Below, one piece after another: positions 1 through 12,682 of a stretch of DNA of 64,000 nt. A program made the translations under genes and the position numbers. The notes under the pieces were generated by a model. The model did no database searches. It saw only the letters and a list, made by a program, of their open reading frames with translations, and was not told where the DNA came from. Source of the DNA: Podarcis liolepis (taxonomy: Eukaryota); the NCBI GenBank assembly GCA_965112155.1, contig OZ218099.1; one strand, 5' to 3'. Each line of letters opens with the position of its first letter. Positions within the stretch are counted from its first letter, which is position 1.

Positions 1-554
1 CAGCATTTAACATAATGGCTAAATAATGAAAACTCTGCCCCCTTTCTGCAAACACCTTGTGGCATCTTTTGCACATGGTGAGTATGTATTTGCAAACCAC
101 TGGTGCTGGTCGATACTGCAGTCAGCAGTATTGGAATTCAGCAGCTTTGCTTTCAAAGTGAAAACAAAGGAAGTGATTTAAAGCCCCCCCAGGCTCCAAC
201 CCCCTTTTCTGGAGCAACTTAAATAAAGACACCCAGGGATATCTGAAAAAAAAAAGAAATGGAGGAGCTTATATTTAGCTTGCCCTCCAGAGAAATAAGT
301 GATTTTTTTTTAGAAGCCCCAGTTCCCCAATCCCTTCTCCAAAATTTAAGGTCATTATATAGCACTGTGTATGTTACCAGGCAGACATTCAATATTTTTC
401 TTCTTGTGGCCCAAAATGAAATACAAATGCCATTAAAGAACAACCTTTATATATGCACAGTATTATTATAATTATTAGTTAAAAACCCTAGCTTGTGTGA
501 CAGCACCTCCACATTTTGACAAGTGTGATCGTTCCTTTTGTGTTACATTTTTTT

Positions 555-726
555 CAATGGGCATGCCACCCCAATATATATTCCAGCACAAAGAGGTATC
601 CTTCTTGTGGTTTTCAGGGAAAAAGAAAATGAAGAACCCAACAAAAATGCCCTAGTGTTTACCAAAATGTAAAATAACAGAGATGTCATTTTAGAATCCT
701 ACTAATTCAAGTTAGGGTCAGAAAAC
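555..726 (+). repeat. 172-bp intronic direct repeat, copy 1 (NPTX1 intron upstream of exon 1002)
   Basis: Ungapped match to 3210-3381 with about 12 substitutions by eye. Confidence 0.95.
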
Positions 727-1001
727 CTGATCCTGTGTCCTTGAAGTTAAAATAAGCATTGTCATTATCTCCACTTACTGGAGTTTTAAGAATCTAGAAT
801 GCTTGCCACCCCATCAAATCTTCATCTCTCTATCAATGGGAACCAGAAGGTTCTGTGGTTCATGTGAAAATTGAATGTATTACATAACAGGGCAGGTTCG
901 GGAAGACCACCAGCTTGGTGAAGTCTCTAGTACTGTACAGTTCATGCTTTTGTTGTTATAGGGCATGCCTGACTGCAGCAATCTCCCTCTTCTCTCACCA
1001 G

Positions 1002-1181
1002 GTAGCAAAGCTTCCTTTTGTCATTAACGATGGGAAATGGCACCATATCTGCATCACATGGACAACCCGGGATGGTGTCTGGGAAGCTTATCAAGATGGC
1101 ACACAACGAGGCAATGGGGAAAACCTGGCCCCTTATCATCCTATCAAGCCACAAGGAGTCCTTGTTTTGGGACAGGAACAG
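1002..1181 (+). CDS. NPTX1: Neuronal pentraxin 1, penultimate coding exon (pentraxin domain)
   Basis: Pyrimidine tract plus CAG acceptor ending at 1001, GTAAGG donor at 1182. The 180 nt phase 0/0 exon encodes VAKLPFVINDGKWHHICITWTTRDGVWEAYQDGTQRGNGENLAPYHPIKPQGVLVLGQEQ, containing the pentraxin HxCxTW motif and near-identical to NPTX1 as I recall it. Confidence 0.96.
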
Positions 1182-1356
1182 GTAAGGTAGCATGGTGGCA
1201 GCGGAGGAGGAAGGGGTGGCCACTGGAATTTATCCATGGTCTGTACAAGGTTTGCAGCAATTTGATTAGAAAGACTGGTAGAGAAGGTGCTCAAGCATTA
1301 TAGTTAAAACCTGCAGATTGTGCTGCTCTGGATTAAGTGTAGTAGACCTAGATATT

Positions 1357-1510
1357 CCTCTGAACACAGGAAGCTGCCAGAGTCAGACCATTGGGTCCAC
1401 CTGGCTCATGATTTTCAGCACTGGCTGGAAACTGCTCTGCAGGGTTTTGAGCAGGGATCTCTCCCAGCCATACTAGGAAATGCTGGGGACTGCAGCTTCA
1501 CATGCTACAT
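1357..1510 (-). mobile_element. Degenerate squamate SINE (Squam2-like)
   Basis: ggaagctgcc..gagtcagaccattgggtccacctggctca... resembles an old squamate SINE. A related fragment lies at 44380-44520. Confidence 0.5.
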
Positions 1511-1950
1511 AGTAGAATCCGCCTTGTATTCCAGATGCCTGTTCAGCAGGTCTCATCATGCATATGCCGGGGTCTCCAGTGCCAATGTAGCATGGTTATG
1601 TCAACCTGCCATACTGGCGGTCCATACCTTCTGAACCTACAGCATAAGGTTTACTGCAGCGATAGTTTCATAGGTTGCCTGTCAGAGTCAGCATTTAGTA
1701 CATTTGTTAGATGAATGCAAAGTGGTTCCGCCACGGGCAGTACAGGAAATTTGCCTCTTAAAAACAACAACTGTGGCAAAATTTGATGAAGTTTTTTAGG
1801 CATCGGATAAGAACAGAAGGAGATTAAAGAGAGGGAGGGAGGAGACCAAATGGTATGGGGGTGGTGGTGAGAGAGTTCTAAAATGAGTAGGAGACACAGA
1901 AAATCACCAATCTGTTCCCTTTAGTCATGCACATTAAAGAACAATTGAAC

Positions 1951-2090
1951 CATGGGTAGCCAACATGGTGTCCCCACACATATTGCTGGATTTCAGTGCC
2001 CATAATCCCTGACCATTGGTCATGCTGGCTGGAGCTCATGGGAATTGGAGTTTAGCAACATTTGGAGTGCACCACATTAGCTACCCCGTG
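1951..2090. mobile_element. Hairpin MITE (~135 bp, hAT-like CAGGG...CCCTG family)
   Basis: Self-complementary arms around a ccctgaccattggtcatgctggctgg core. About nine related copies occur in the window. Confidence 0.7.
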
Positions 2091-2245
2091 AACTACACAC
2101 ATGTTTGCATACACAATTACTCATAATTTTAAAGGAATGGGGATTGACGTTCCCATGGAACAAGTGGGATCTTCAGGGCACATAATAATTTTGACAGTGG
2201 TAGAGACAACAGTGCTGCCTAACATCTACACCTGCACATGGATAT

Positions 2246-2267
2246 ACACACACACACACACACACAC
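2246..2267. repeat. (CA)n microsatellite
   Basis: Direct reading. Confidence 0.9.
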
Positions 2268-3209
2268 GAATTATAATTCAAATTTTACAGGGTGATATGC
2301 AAGTCCTGGAAAGGGCCCTGTCCTCGTTGCTTCTATGTCTAAAGCTAACCAACTATTTCACACTGAATTACACACCACAGGGCATCTAAATTTCCTTCCT
2401 GCGTTTCTCATAAAAACAAGCAGTTATTTTCCCCATCACTTATCGCACAAGTGACATAGATCAACTCTGCCTGCCAGTTACACAACATGCTCACTCAGAT
2501 ACATTGCCATAGTCAGAAAGCAAAAGTCATGGTATCCAATTATTCTGGTGCAGGCTTTCCGTTTTTAAAAAATATTTTCACATCCAAAAAAGTCTCAAGA
2601 TGGAGGATCATAGCAAATCACCACGGCCCATTTCTTTAAATGCCACTTGTCTTCTTCCTCTCTCAAAACAACATGTGAGGCCTTTGTTTACATGTGCATA
2701 CAAATTTACATTAAAAAATAAATAAATCTGTACTGCCATTCAAAATTCTCAGAGTGCCTTATACCACAGAATGAAAGGAGAATAGAAACACTGCAAAATT
2801 TAACACTACTAATTAGAGACAGAGTTATCCAGTACTGTAAAGGTAAAACAGCCTGGGAAAAATAGAAGGTCTTTTCCTAGCACCTAGAAGATAGGAGAGC
2901 AGGCTGCAGGCAAGTCTCCTCAGGGAACAACTTCCATCTCCATCGTTCTCCTTTCCAGACATACTGGCACTGCTGGAACCAGGGGCCTAAGTTTCTATTT
3001 TTGGAAGTTCCATCCATGGAAGATGCACTTAAAAGGTTGCACGTCGCATCCTCCTTATTGAACTTCTCTGTTGCAGCTTATTCCTGCTGACCTTTGCATG
3101 CTGCCATGAAAGCTTTCTGGCTCATTTCAAGTGTTTACTCTGTCAAGACTGTAGGATTCCCAGTGTTGACTTACCTCTTGGGTCTTCTTTTTTTTAATAT
3201 AAAATTTTA

Positions 3210-3381
3210 CAATGTGCATGCCATCCTAATATATATTCCAGCACAAAGAGTTATCCTTCTTGGGGTTTTCAGGGAAAAAGAAAATGAAGAACCCAACAAA
3301 AATGCCCAAGGGTTTTCCAAAATGTAAAATAATAGAGATACCGTTTTAGAATCCTACTAATTCAAGTTAGGGTCAGAAAAC
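3210..3381 (+). repeat. 172-bp intronic direct repeat, copy 2 (last NPTX1 intron)
   Basis: Ungapped match to 555-726. Confidence 0.95.
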
Positions 3382-3463
3382 TAACTTTTAGATAAGGATA
3401 TATATTGCGTATTTCCAGGGTGAGATGTTTTCAAATCTTTTATCTTCAATTTCTCTCTTCAAG

Positions 3464-3685
3464 GACACACTTGGAGGTGGATTTGATGCCACCCAGGCAT
3501 TTGTGGGAGAACTAGCCCACTTCAACATCTGGGATCGGAAGCTCACCCCAGGGGAGATCTACAACCTGGCCACGTGCAGCACCAAAGCCCTGTCTGGTAG
3601 TGTCATAGCCTGGTCCGAGACCAACATTGATATTTATGGTGGAGCCACCAAATGGACATTTGAAGCCTGCCGTCAGATCAACTAA
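3464..3685 (+). CDS. NPTX1: Neuronal pentraxin 1, last coding exon to stop codon
   Basis: Acceptor ttctctcttcaag ends at 3463. Encodes DTLGGGFDATQAFVGELAHFNIWDRKLTPGEIYNLATCSTKALSGSVIAWSETNIDIYGGATKWTFEACRQIN*, in frame with the previous exon (GQEQ|DTLGG). The ACRQIN C-terminus is typical of NPTX1. Confidence 0.96.
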   Translation, partial: DTLGGGFDATQAFVGELAHFNIWDRKLTPGEIYNLATCSTKALSGSVIAWSETNIDIYGGATKWTFEACRQIN

Positions 3686-6012
3686 AAAATGCTGCTCTTC
3701 CCCGCCCTTCCCATTCCAAATCCATTTAACCCTTGGTTAACAGACATTCTCCTCACCCAGGAATGAATTATGGACAAATCTATTTCCTTTCTCTCTTCTG
3801 TCTTTCTTTTAAAAAAATATCTTCTTTGTTTGTTCTAAAGAATCAATCACATTTTTTTTTTAATCTAGGAGACTTGGAGTTTTTCAGTCAACTCTAAGGC
3901 AACCTGGGACTTTGCAACCTTACAATTTTGAAGAGGGGGTTCATTGTCCCCCACCCCCACCCCTCTCTCCCACTCCCTCTTTTGTCCCTTTCTCCTTTGG
4001 ATCGAGACTTTATTATCTTTTTTCCATTTTGCTTTATGAAGTCTCATCATGAATGGTCTGATTTTTCTGGCTTGCCAACTTTGTTTCAATGCCTGAGTGC
4101 CTTTGGGCTGGTGCGACTCTTTCAGCACATTTGTCTTCATTTGCATATACTTTTTAAAGGATATCTCTATATTCCTACTCTACTCTATGTCTTTTAAGCA
4201 GCCAGTCACCTGTGGGCAGATATTTATTTTTTATTACGAATTATTCTCTGAGTGATAGGAGGATAAACGCTTTTTGAGAGACGCATGATGGTGGCTTGAC
4301 TAGGAGATTTGAGGGGTGGTGGTGGGGGGTAGGACTGTTCTCTGAAATTCTTCTGGTCTCTCATTGCTCCCCCACCAATTGTGTAAACCTCTGGCTATGG
4401 CCGGAGCAAACAGAGCCATCTTTGCCCCCCAAGGGTACATGTGAGACTCAGGAGCATTGCCAGCTCAAGGATCCAAGACGACTTGTCCAGATCCTTGGTC
4501 TTTTGTAGGAGCAGCTGGCTCCTACCTATTTTAATGGAGCTGCAGAGCAGCTCCCTTCCCTTGTCTGCCTTCATTTTGCTGTACAGCCTAAAGGATCTGC
4601 CTCTGTTAGCCATCACAAAGCCTATGCGTAGTCCAGAAAACCTTCCTTCCACAGGCATTGATTACTGCTTCTCCCAAAACTCTGTGACCCAAAGATGGCA
4701 GAAAATCACCCGGTCCATCCCCTTACCTCTCCCTTCCTGGTTCCACAGCAGGCTCCTACTTGCCTTCCCCTCCAAAGGTAATGCACCCTGGGCCTTTCCC
4801 AAGAATACTTGGCTTGAAGATGGGACTATTTTCTTATGACTTTATGAGGCATTCCCAAACCCTTACCAATGCTCCTTTACTTTCACTAAGAGCCATAAAC
4901 CTGAAGGGCTGGGGTAGGGGGGAGTTTTAGTGGTAGTCGGATGCAAAGCATGTGGTTGCAGTCCGATTTCCATGGCCATACCGCTGAGCTGAGATTTTTG
5001 CCTTTTAAATACAAATTGGGTTCACTGCAGGTGGCAGGATGTATAGCGCAAGGAGCCTTGCCTGCCCTGTGCTTATTGGACCCAATGAGATTTGAGGTAT
5101 ACTTCACTTTCATAAAGGTTCATAGCTCTTCCTTTGTGAAAGGAATAAGGAACTGCTTGAGAGAGGTTTTAAGCAAATGTGTCAAGAAACTGAATAAAGT
5201 GCAAATCCTGGTTTTGCTCCAAAGCCCCAGGGAATTAAGAAGAGGCTGTGACCTCTCCATGCATCTGTTTTGCCCAATAACCAGAAACAGAGCCTGCACT
5301 ATGTTTTGTTTTTGTTTTTTTAAAAAAGAACAGCACAAGGGATACCTAACAGACTGTATGCCGAGCCTTCAGATAAACCTCTGCAAAAAGGCAAAATGTG
5401 TGTTTCTTATCGTGCTATAGACGGAGCTGTTTGCATCCTGAAGGGCACCAACTATTTTAGGAGGCTGGGAAGGTGTTGCGTTTAGCCTTTCTTGCAAGGA
5501 TTGTGTTTTGGTTAGATAAGAGTGCCTATTTGACCACCTTTAGTGACAATGGGTTGCATAGTGCTCTTTATAGATTCCGTCCTAGTTTATGGTACCCTTA
5601 GATTTCCTGCAGGCTTATAGGGAAGGCAAGGGGTGTACTGTCGTTTCTTGCATGTTTTCAGTAGGTGCCTCAATCGTGTTTTACCTGGTCTAATGCTTGC
5701 CTGCTTGCATGGGCTAATGCAGAGCTGTGGGGGGTTTGCTGAGTGATAGTTCATGCTTTAAAAACAATTCAAAAACTAAAGTCATCCAAGCACGATAGTA
5801 TAGGTCAGGCATGGCTGGAAAAAGGTGGCTAATGATACAGCATTCTTCCCCATGATAAACAGCACTACACATTTTTGTATTAAAAAAGAGAAGAAGAGCC
5901 ACCAGTTAAAATATAGGTAACTTTAAAAGAAATCAATCCATGGGAACTGCTCCACTCAGCTTTGTCTTTTCCTATAAATCCTGGAGAAGCCAGAGCTCTT
6001 AATCCAGTAGTT

Positions 6013-6203
6013 GTGCTGTCCTAAAAAAGCAGCTATAGGAGCTGTTCTTTAAGCACTTCTGCGGTGCAACGTACACTGTGCTGCTGAATCAGTCCTGTTG
6101 ATGTTTACCAACCTGGATGTACTTGGAGCTGTCCCTTCAGCACCACCATGGGTGGGTATTTTCCATGCCAGACTCCCTGGGAGCTGTCCGTTCAGCACCA
6201 AGG
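6013..6203. promoter_or_regulatory. Cluster of REST/NRSF RE1 half-sites in non-canonical arrangement
   Basis: GGAGCTGTCC-c-TTCAGCACC at 6125-6144, GGAGCTGTCC-g-TTCAGCACC at 6180-6199, a degenerate GGAGCTGTTC-t-TTAAGCACT at 6038-6057 and a lone GTGCTGTCC at 6013-6021. Confidence 0.5.
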
Positions 6204-7749
6204 CTTCTCTAGCGAGCACAGAATAAATAGCTGATCCAGCCAAACTCAAGCCTACTGCTTAATACGATTGATGTCCCCTCTTGCACTGAATAATACATGC
6301 CTCTCTCAGGTAATGCCCTTTTATAAAAACATACATACAAGTAAAGAGCACTGCACAGGCAGTGCATGTGTTTGCCTAAAGACTGTCTGACAGTTCCCAA
6401 AGGCCTCCTTCTAAAGGAGGTGTTTTCACTGGCCATTTACACAGGTGTAGTTCCACTGACGAATATAAGGTCACACCAGTTTAGGTAATCAGCGAAGCAT
6501 TCTCCGGCAAGTGTTCCTAAACATGGGTAACTTAGAAGTCCTATTCACTTCCCTAGGACTTAACTTACAATCAGTGTATAGAAATCACAGCTCAAATGTG
6601 ATATTAGTTGAATCAGCATTTTCTCTCCCTTGAAGGGTTAGCTACTCTTTGAAATGTCAAGCCTTTCTGCTTTTGTAAAACAAAATACACACAAATTATT
6701 TCTCTTGTTGTAAAAGGAGTTTACTACCAAGAAAGGTATTTTTATTAGAAAAGAATATATGTAGAAAAACAGGTATTCCCTGAAAAAAATACTTTTGAGC
6801 TACAGATGAAGGATAAAAGGATGATAAAGCTTATTTTGAGATAAATAATATTTTATATGGTTTCTTTTTTTAAGAAAAAGAATTTCTGGTTTGTACTAAT
6901 AGTCTGCAGCCATCACCCCTTTAAATGACCTCGCCCTCTCTCATCCTGGTCAAGGAGTTTTTCTTGGCTGTGAGTGAAAAGGGAGGCGTGAAGGATAGAA
7001 TTTGTGAGGCTCACTGAGCCATTTTGACCAACCCTAAAGCTGTGGCAAATGAATATGCAGCATGGATGGGCATGTAATAAGCAGTTCAAGGTCGATGTTG
7101 CACTATTGAAAGGTTGCTGCTCATCAGATATTGAAGTGGGTCATGTGACCACCCTATGAAATCACAATGCTAAAGCACTAGGAGAGGGGGTTGGAAATCT
7201 GTCTAAACATAAACAAACCCAGCCTAGTTATCTTACTTTTAAATCTTGGCTCAGGGCAGCATATTTTAAGCAGTGCTCTTTAAAAGCAAAACCAACCAAT
7301 CCCAACAAAATTCTACCTTGTAAGATCGATCTGCTAACGACCCTTATTGGAAACCTTCTTGTAACTAATAATGAATGTTAAGTGTAAACTGATGAAGGGG
7401 GGAAAAACATGTCAAGGTAAATAAATCCAGTCCAAATTGCGCAGGATTTGCCAAAATAAAAAAAATAAAAAGGGTGATAGTGATAAAATTGTATATACTG
7501 TACAGCGTGAAAGAGGATAAATGTTTCTTGAGTTGTCATTCTGTTAACCAAAGCTGTATATTTTTCCTATTTCTTGCTATCAGTCTTTACTGGGTTTTGA
7601 ATGAGTTGATGTTATATCTTACATCCACAGTCCACATCAGCAATTCTTAAAATGCACTGTTTCTACTGGTTCTTCATGCTGTTTTTTTTCCCTTTCCTTT
7701 TTTCATTTTATTGCTTAAACTACATGAATTGTTGAATTTATTTTTACAC

Positions 7750-7755
7750 AATAAA
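7750..7755 (+). terminator. Candidate distal polyadenylation signal (AATAAA) of NPTX1
   Basis: AATAAA preceded by U-rich sequence at the end of the AU-rich block, after which base composition changes. Confidence 0.6.
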
Positions 7756-9189
7756 GAGTGATGAAAGACAACACGGCTGCAGTCATTTCCCCCACCAAAC
7801 TTTCCTCTCCCAGAAAGGACCCCAGTACAGCCAGGAACTCCCAAAGTCAGCTCCACTTGGGAAGAAGCATGTCTTGTGCTGCTGAGTCGGCAGCAGCAGA
7901 GATCTCACACCTGCAGCATAGATTGTGGCCTGCTGCCATGGTTCTGCAAAACCAGTCCTGAAAACAACTGCATATGCTCTCTAGCCAAGTGAACCAGATG
8001 ACCATTGCCTGTGGTAATCTCCCTTTTCCTGCCAGTTCTTCTGTCTAAACAATTAGGGTTGCCAGCTTTTGCTGCTTTGGGATGCCCAGTTTTGCTTTCA
8101 TCTCTATCCAGCTGATCTCCTGCACATACCTCTTACTTGTTTTTTTTCTGGCCCAACCCTATATTGGGATAAGAGGACTGAGCAACATATCTTCTCATCC
8201 CCTGTCTCAATGACTTGAACCCTTTACAGGGCTGTAAACAAATTGGTTGATCCCTTGGCGCTTGTCTCATGCAGCCTGCCCCTGTTCTTGACCTCTTTCG
8301 CTGGCACTGGTATTTCAAGAGACCAGAGGGACAAAGCAAGAGGGGTGAACTAGCATTTCAGTGATGATATTGCGTATCTCCCTCTCAGCAGCAGAGACTA
8401 GGAGATGCAAGTGAGGGAACACCAAAGAAGTGGGTGGGATCTCCAAGTGTGATTTAGGACAGCTATGGTCATGCTACACAGACAAGCACTAGTCCTATTA
8501 TGTCCCTGAGAGCCCCAGAGACTCCACATCAACTTCCACTTTGGCAGAGCCAGTTAATGACATCTCTGAAAAGTCACCTCCCGTCTCTCTCTTTCATCCC
8601 TGCCTTCTGGTTGTCAGGGAAACAGCATCTTGAAACCTGGCTCTCCTTCATTATGTGCATGTGACCCTAACGTAAAGCCTCTACTCTCTAAGAGAGCTTG
8701 ATGTCAGAGTTTGCCCTATTTCTTTTTTAAATGGTTCTATGCACATTGCTCACTAAGGAGGAGGGATTTTGGTGGAGTGAGAGGAAGGGAGAAGGCCTCT
8801 TATTCTTAGGAAGCAAAGCAGTGTATATTTCTTTCCTGAGGAATAATTCCAAACAAATCTGCAAATGCTTGGAGCACATGCAGCCAGAATTTCAGCAACA
8901 GGTGCAAATTTAATTTATTTACAATATTTGTATGCTGTCCAACAACAAATGTTCTCTGAGCGGTTGACAGTCAGCTTAAAACCAGCAAAAGGAAAACGCC
9001 AAGCACAACATAAAAGCAAATTAAATAAAGCTACCAGCACTAAAACATTAATACAACGCAGCATAACAAAACACACACAAAGATTAAAACACCCGGGCAA
9101 ATAAAAAGGTCTTCACCTGGAACCAAAAATTAAAACCTGGATGCCAGCAAGCCTACCTGTGGAGGGCAGTGGCAATGAGGATGAAATGG

Positions 9190-9311
9190 CAGGGATAGCT
9201 AATGTGGTACCCTCCAGGTATTGTTGAATTACAACTCCCACCAGCTCCAGGAAGCATGACCAATAGTAAGGTATGATGGGAGCTGTCCAACATCTGGAGG
9301 GTACATCCCTG
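9190..9311. mobile_element. Hairpin MITE, same family
   Basis: cagggat...ccctccagg...tacaactccca / tgggagctgt..aacatctggaggg...atccctg inverted arms. Confidence 0.7.
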
Positions 9312-10419
9312 GTTGAATGAAATAGCCAGTGTTGTCAGCTTCCTCCCTTTGGTGAGAGGAAGGAACATAGGGAATATACTCAGTCCTACTCAACTCCAAT
9401 TATTACATCCGCTAATAGAGGTTGCACAAGTCATTCACCCAATAATAACGGGCCAACAGAGGGAAACTGAGGATTCAGCAAAGGGATAGAAGACCTCGCC
9501 CAGAAAACAACTTTGAGAAAGTGGATTCCTGTGACTACTGCCCAGTATGTAGCTGTCTTGAGCAGATCTCTGTAACAGAAGAACGTTTGCTTTATTAGCA
9601 AAAAGGAGCAACTTTTCTTCCTTGGCACCACCTTTGCATGTTTCTGCTGCTCAAGAACCAGAAGGATTGAAGACCATAGAGGATGGAACAGAGGAGTTTG
9701 CAGTGTTCAACATTTCCAGGATATAGTGGTTTGGGTACATTTTTCGTTTCACCCTGGGGCTTGCAATGCCGACTGTGAGTGGCACACTCAGTGGATGCTG
9801 GGTGTGTTTGTCAACTCCATTAATCACACAGTTGTTTCACATGAGAAGCTGGGCAGCCAGGTGAGCAGTGCTGGCCTTCAACAGGGAACTGGCATGTAAT
9901 TAAGAGTAAGCAATCAGCCAGGCCACCTGATATTTTGAACACAACCTTCTCTTGACATGCTTTCCTGAATGCATACATATATTGAAGATGTGGCAAGATT
10001 TTAGTTTTACAGGGGAGCTTGTGCCTCTGGGTAAAAACACAAGTGTGATTCCATTGAGATGGTCAATGATATGATATGGTTTTTTCAGTATCAGTGATGC
10101 CTTACATTTCTTGAGAGTGCAAAAGAATGAAAGGGTTGGTGTGTCACTTTAATGATTCCAATTGCCTTTTTTTGGACCATACCCTACAACAGAGATAGAA
10201 AACTCAAACATGTTGTCATAGTGATTCATGGGATACTAGGACCTATGGGACCAAAAGCAGATGGCAATCGTGAGAAGGAGAAATGAATGTGAGCAACACC
10301 TCTGCTTTTTCTAGGTATTTACAGACATGCTTAAAGGTAACGCAGACACAAAACAATTTACAGACAAATATAATATCCACATCTCAATGGCTCCCTCTAA
10401 GCTGTGCTCTAAATTGAGC

Positions 10420-10790
10420 ACAATTCAAAGTGTTGGTGCTGACTTTTAAAACCCTAAACAGCCTTGGCCCCTTATACCTGAAGGTGCCTCTCTACCATCA
10501 TTGTTCAGCCTGGACACTGAGGTCCAACTCCTGTGAAAAGTTACAGGGAACCAGGCAGAAGACCTTCTCAGTAGTGGCACCCTCCCTGAGGAATGCCCTC
10601 CCATCAGATGTCAAGGAGATAGATGACTATATAACTTTTAGAAGACACCTGTAGGCAGCCCTGTATAGGGAAGTATTTAATGTCTGATGTTTTATTATGT
10701 TTCTATGTGTGTTGGAAACTGTCTGGGGTGGCTGGGGCGACCCAGCTGGATTGGCGGGGTATAAATAATAAAATTATCATTAATAATAGT
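10420..10790 (+). mobile_element. L2-clade LINE 3' fragment
   Basis: Encodes QFKVLVLTFKTLNSLGPLYLK...FSVVAPSLRNALP..FRRHL (L2 ORF2 C-terminus), followed by a 3'UTR ending ggggtataaataataaaattat. Confidence 0.85.
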
Positions 10791-12682
10791 AGTCAACTCA
10801 AGTGGTAAGTGCTGATAGGACTGGAGCCGCTGAGGGACAACCGAGAGGTATCAGCATGCTTAGGGAAACCCCAAGGTTTGCAGTAGTACATTTACAGAAC
10901 AAAACTCACAAGGGGGCAACTTCCTGCCCCCAGCCCAGTCCAAAAGGGGACTGGGCATGCTAAGTAGGCAAGTAGGAATGTACCAGAAAACCTGCAGGAA
11001 GGCATGGTTGACTGGAAATATGAGCAGGCACCCTCCTGCTAGGATGTGACGGTGTACTGCAACATTTTGCTGCAGGTTCACGTGGTAATCCTTCAGAAAA
11101 ACACAGCTCAGTACTAAACATGTTTACTGAGAAGTAATCCCTGGCGTTTCAGTGGGGCTTACTCCAAGGTAAGGGTGCACAGACTTGCAGCTGAACCACT
11201 GTTGCTGCTTCTCTCACACAAACATTTATGGCCAAACAGGGCCTCAATAATAATTTTAAAAGTACTGTTTCTAAGGACAGCCTTTTCATGACCAGGAGTG
11301 GTTACTTTTGCAACTAAAATGCTATTTTTATGTGGCAAAATGCAGAGCTTATTTTGTGTTTCTGACAGAGCTCCCATCCGCCTTCTCTTCTGCCACCGCC
11401 ACCCCCACCACGCCTGTTTGCTCTTTCCATACAATGGTGTCTGGCTTCCAACCAGATGATTCTCCACAGAAACTGGGGGAGAGAGGGAGAGGGTTGTTTT
11501 TGTTGCAGCCCAGTGTTCCATCTGCTGGGAAAGAATGCCAGTCACAGGCACCACAGCAGAAGTCACCCCGTGATGCTTTAAAAGTGCACTCTTAGCTTAG
11601 CACTGACAAGGGTTACTATGATGAAAAGCATGCCGTCTTCATCCCATGGACTAATACAGAGATGGGAAATCCCCCTAGCCCTCCCACAGAGGTCCACATT
11701 CCTGTGGGGCAATATGTTGGGGGGGGGTCACATGCTAGTAGCGGCCAGTGTCAGAGCCAATGATGGGTTGAACCAGAGACAAAAGTGTTCTGGATTAATT
11801 AATCCAGGCTAGACTAATCCAGGTTTCAGTTTTCACCAAGGTTAACTCAGATTAGAATTTCCAATACTACACAGGGTTGCTCAGAAGCAAGCATTAATGG
11901 GTTTGGTGGGTCATTTTCAAATACGTATACAAATGATTTTTGTTTTGTTTTTTAGTACAATAGACCAACACAACTACTATTCTGGAAAGCAAGTGAAAGC
12001 AGTTCCTGACTTTAATGTTGCAATGCATAAATGCACATGCAAGCACGCACATATAGCAGAAACCTAACCATTTGTTCTCAAACAGCTGGGAGGGGGATTC
12101 TTTCTCTCAAGTCATGGAACCAGTAAATGAATTTTCAGAAATCAATTAATTTTTACTACCCAAAAAATACTGTCCCTCCCAATTGTTTGGAAACTATGTA
12201 GAAAGAAAGAGGAACACTTTAAAAAAGCCGGGAGAAGTAAGGAGGAAATGAACAGGACAGAGAGAACTATTGTGGGGTGGAAGGGGGCAGCTTTAGGAGG
12301 AATTAGCAGTTGCATAAAATGAGGCTGGGACTGCGAGTTAAACTATGGGCTGCATTCAACTAACCCAGTGGGTCAGAAGCCATCGGCACAAGGGCTCCTG
12401 CTAGCACAGTGGAGCTTCCCCCCAACTCCCCCTAGTTCCTCACCCCCCAATCCACTCTGAAAGGTTGGAAGAGCCCCCCAGAACAGTGCACAGGGAGAGG
12501 AGAGGGGAGAGCATTCCATCGGGCAAGCAGAAATGCTTGTACTGATGGAACAACTGTGATAGCATTACGTTGGATCCCACCCAGTGAAATTTGTTATTGC
12601 AAGATGTGGTGATGACAACCAACTTAGATGACTTCCAAAGAGGCTGACAGTGCAGAGGTAGAGAGCTATCATGAAGAGGCAC

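Larger units (their letters stand above)
3686..7775 (+). other. NPTX1: Probable long 3'UTR of NPTX1
   Basis: Follows the stop codon, has no recognisable TE over ~4 kb and an AU-rich distal part. AATAAA at 7750-7755; alternative AATAAA hexamers at 5193, 6222 and 7455. The exact 3' end is inferred. Confidence 0.65.

Noticed and set aside
4296-5420. ORFs of 70-159 aa downstream of the NPTX1 stop
   Set aside because: They lie in the presumed 3'UTR, several start at non-ATG codons, and none shows homology.
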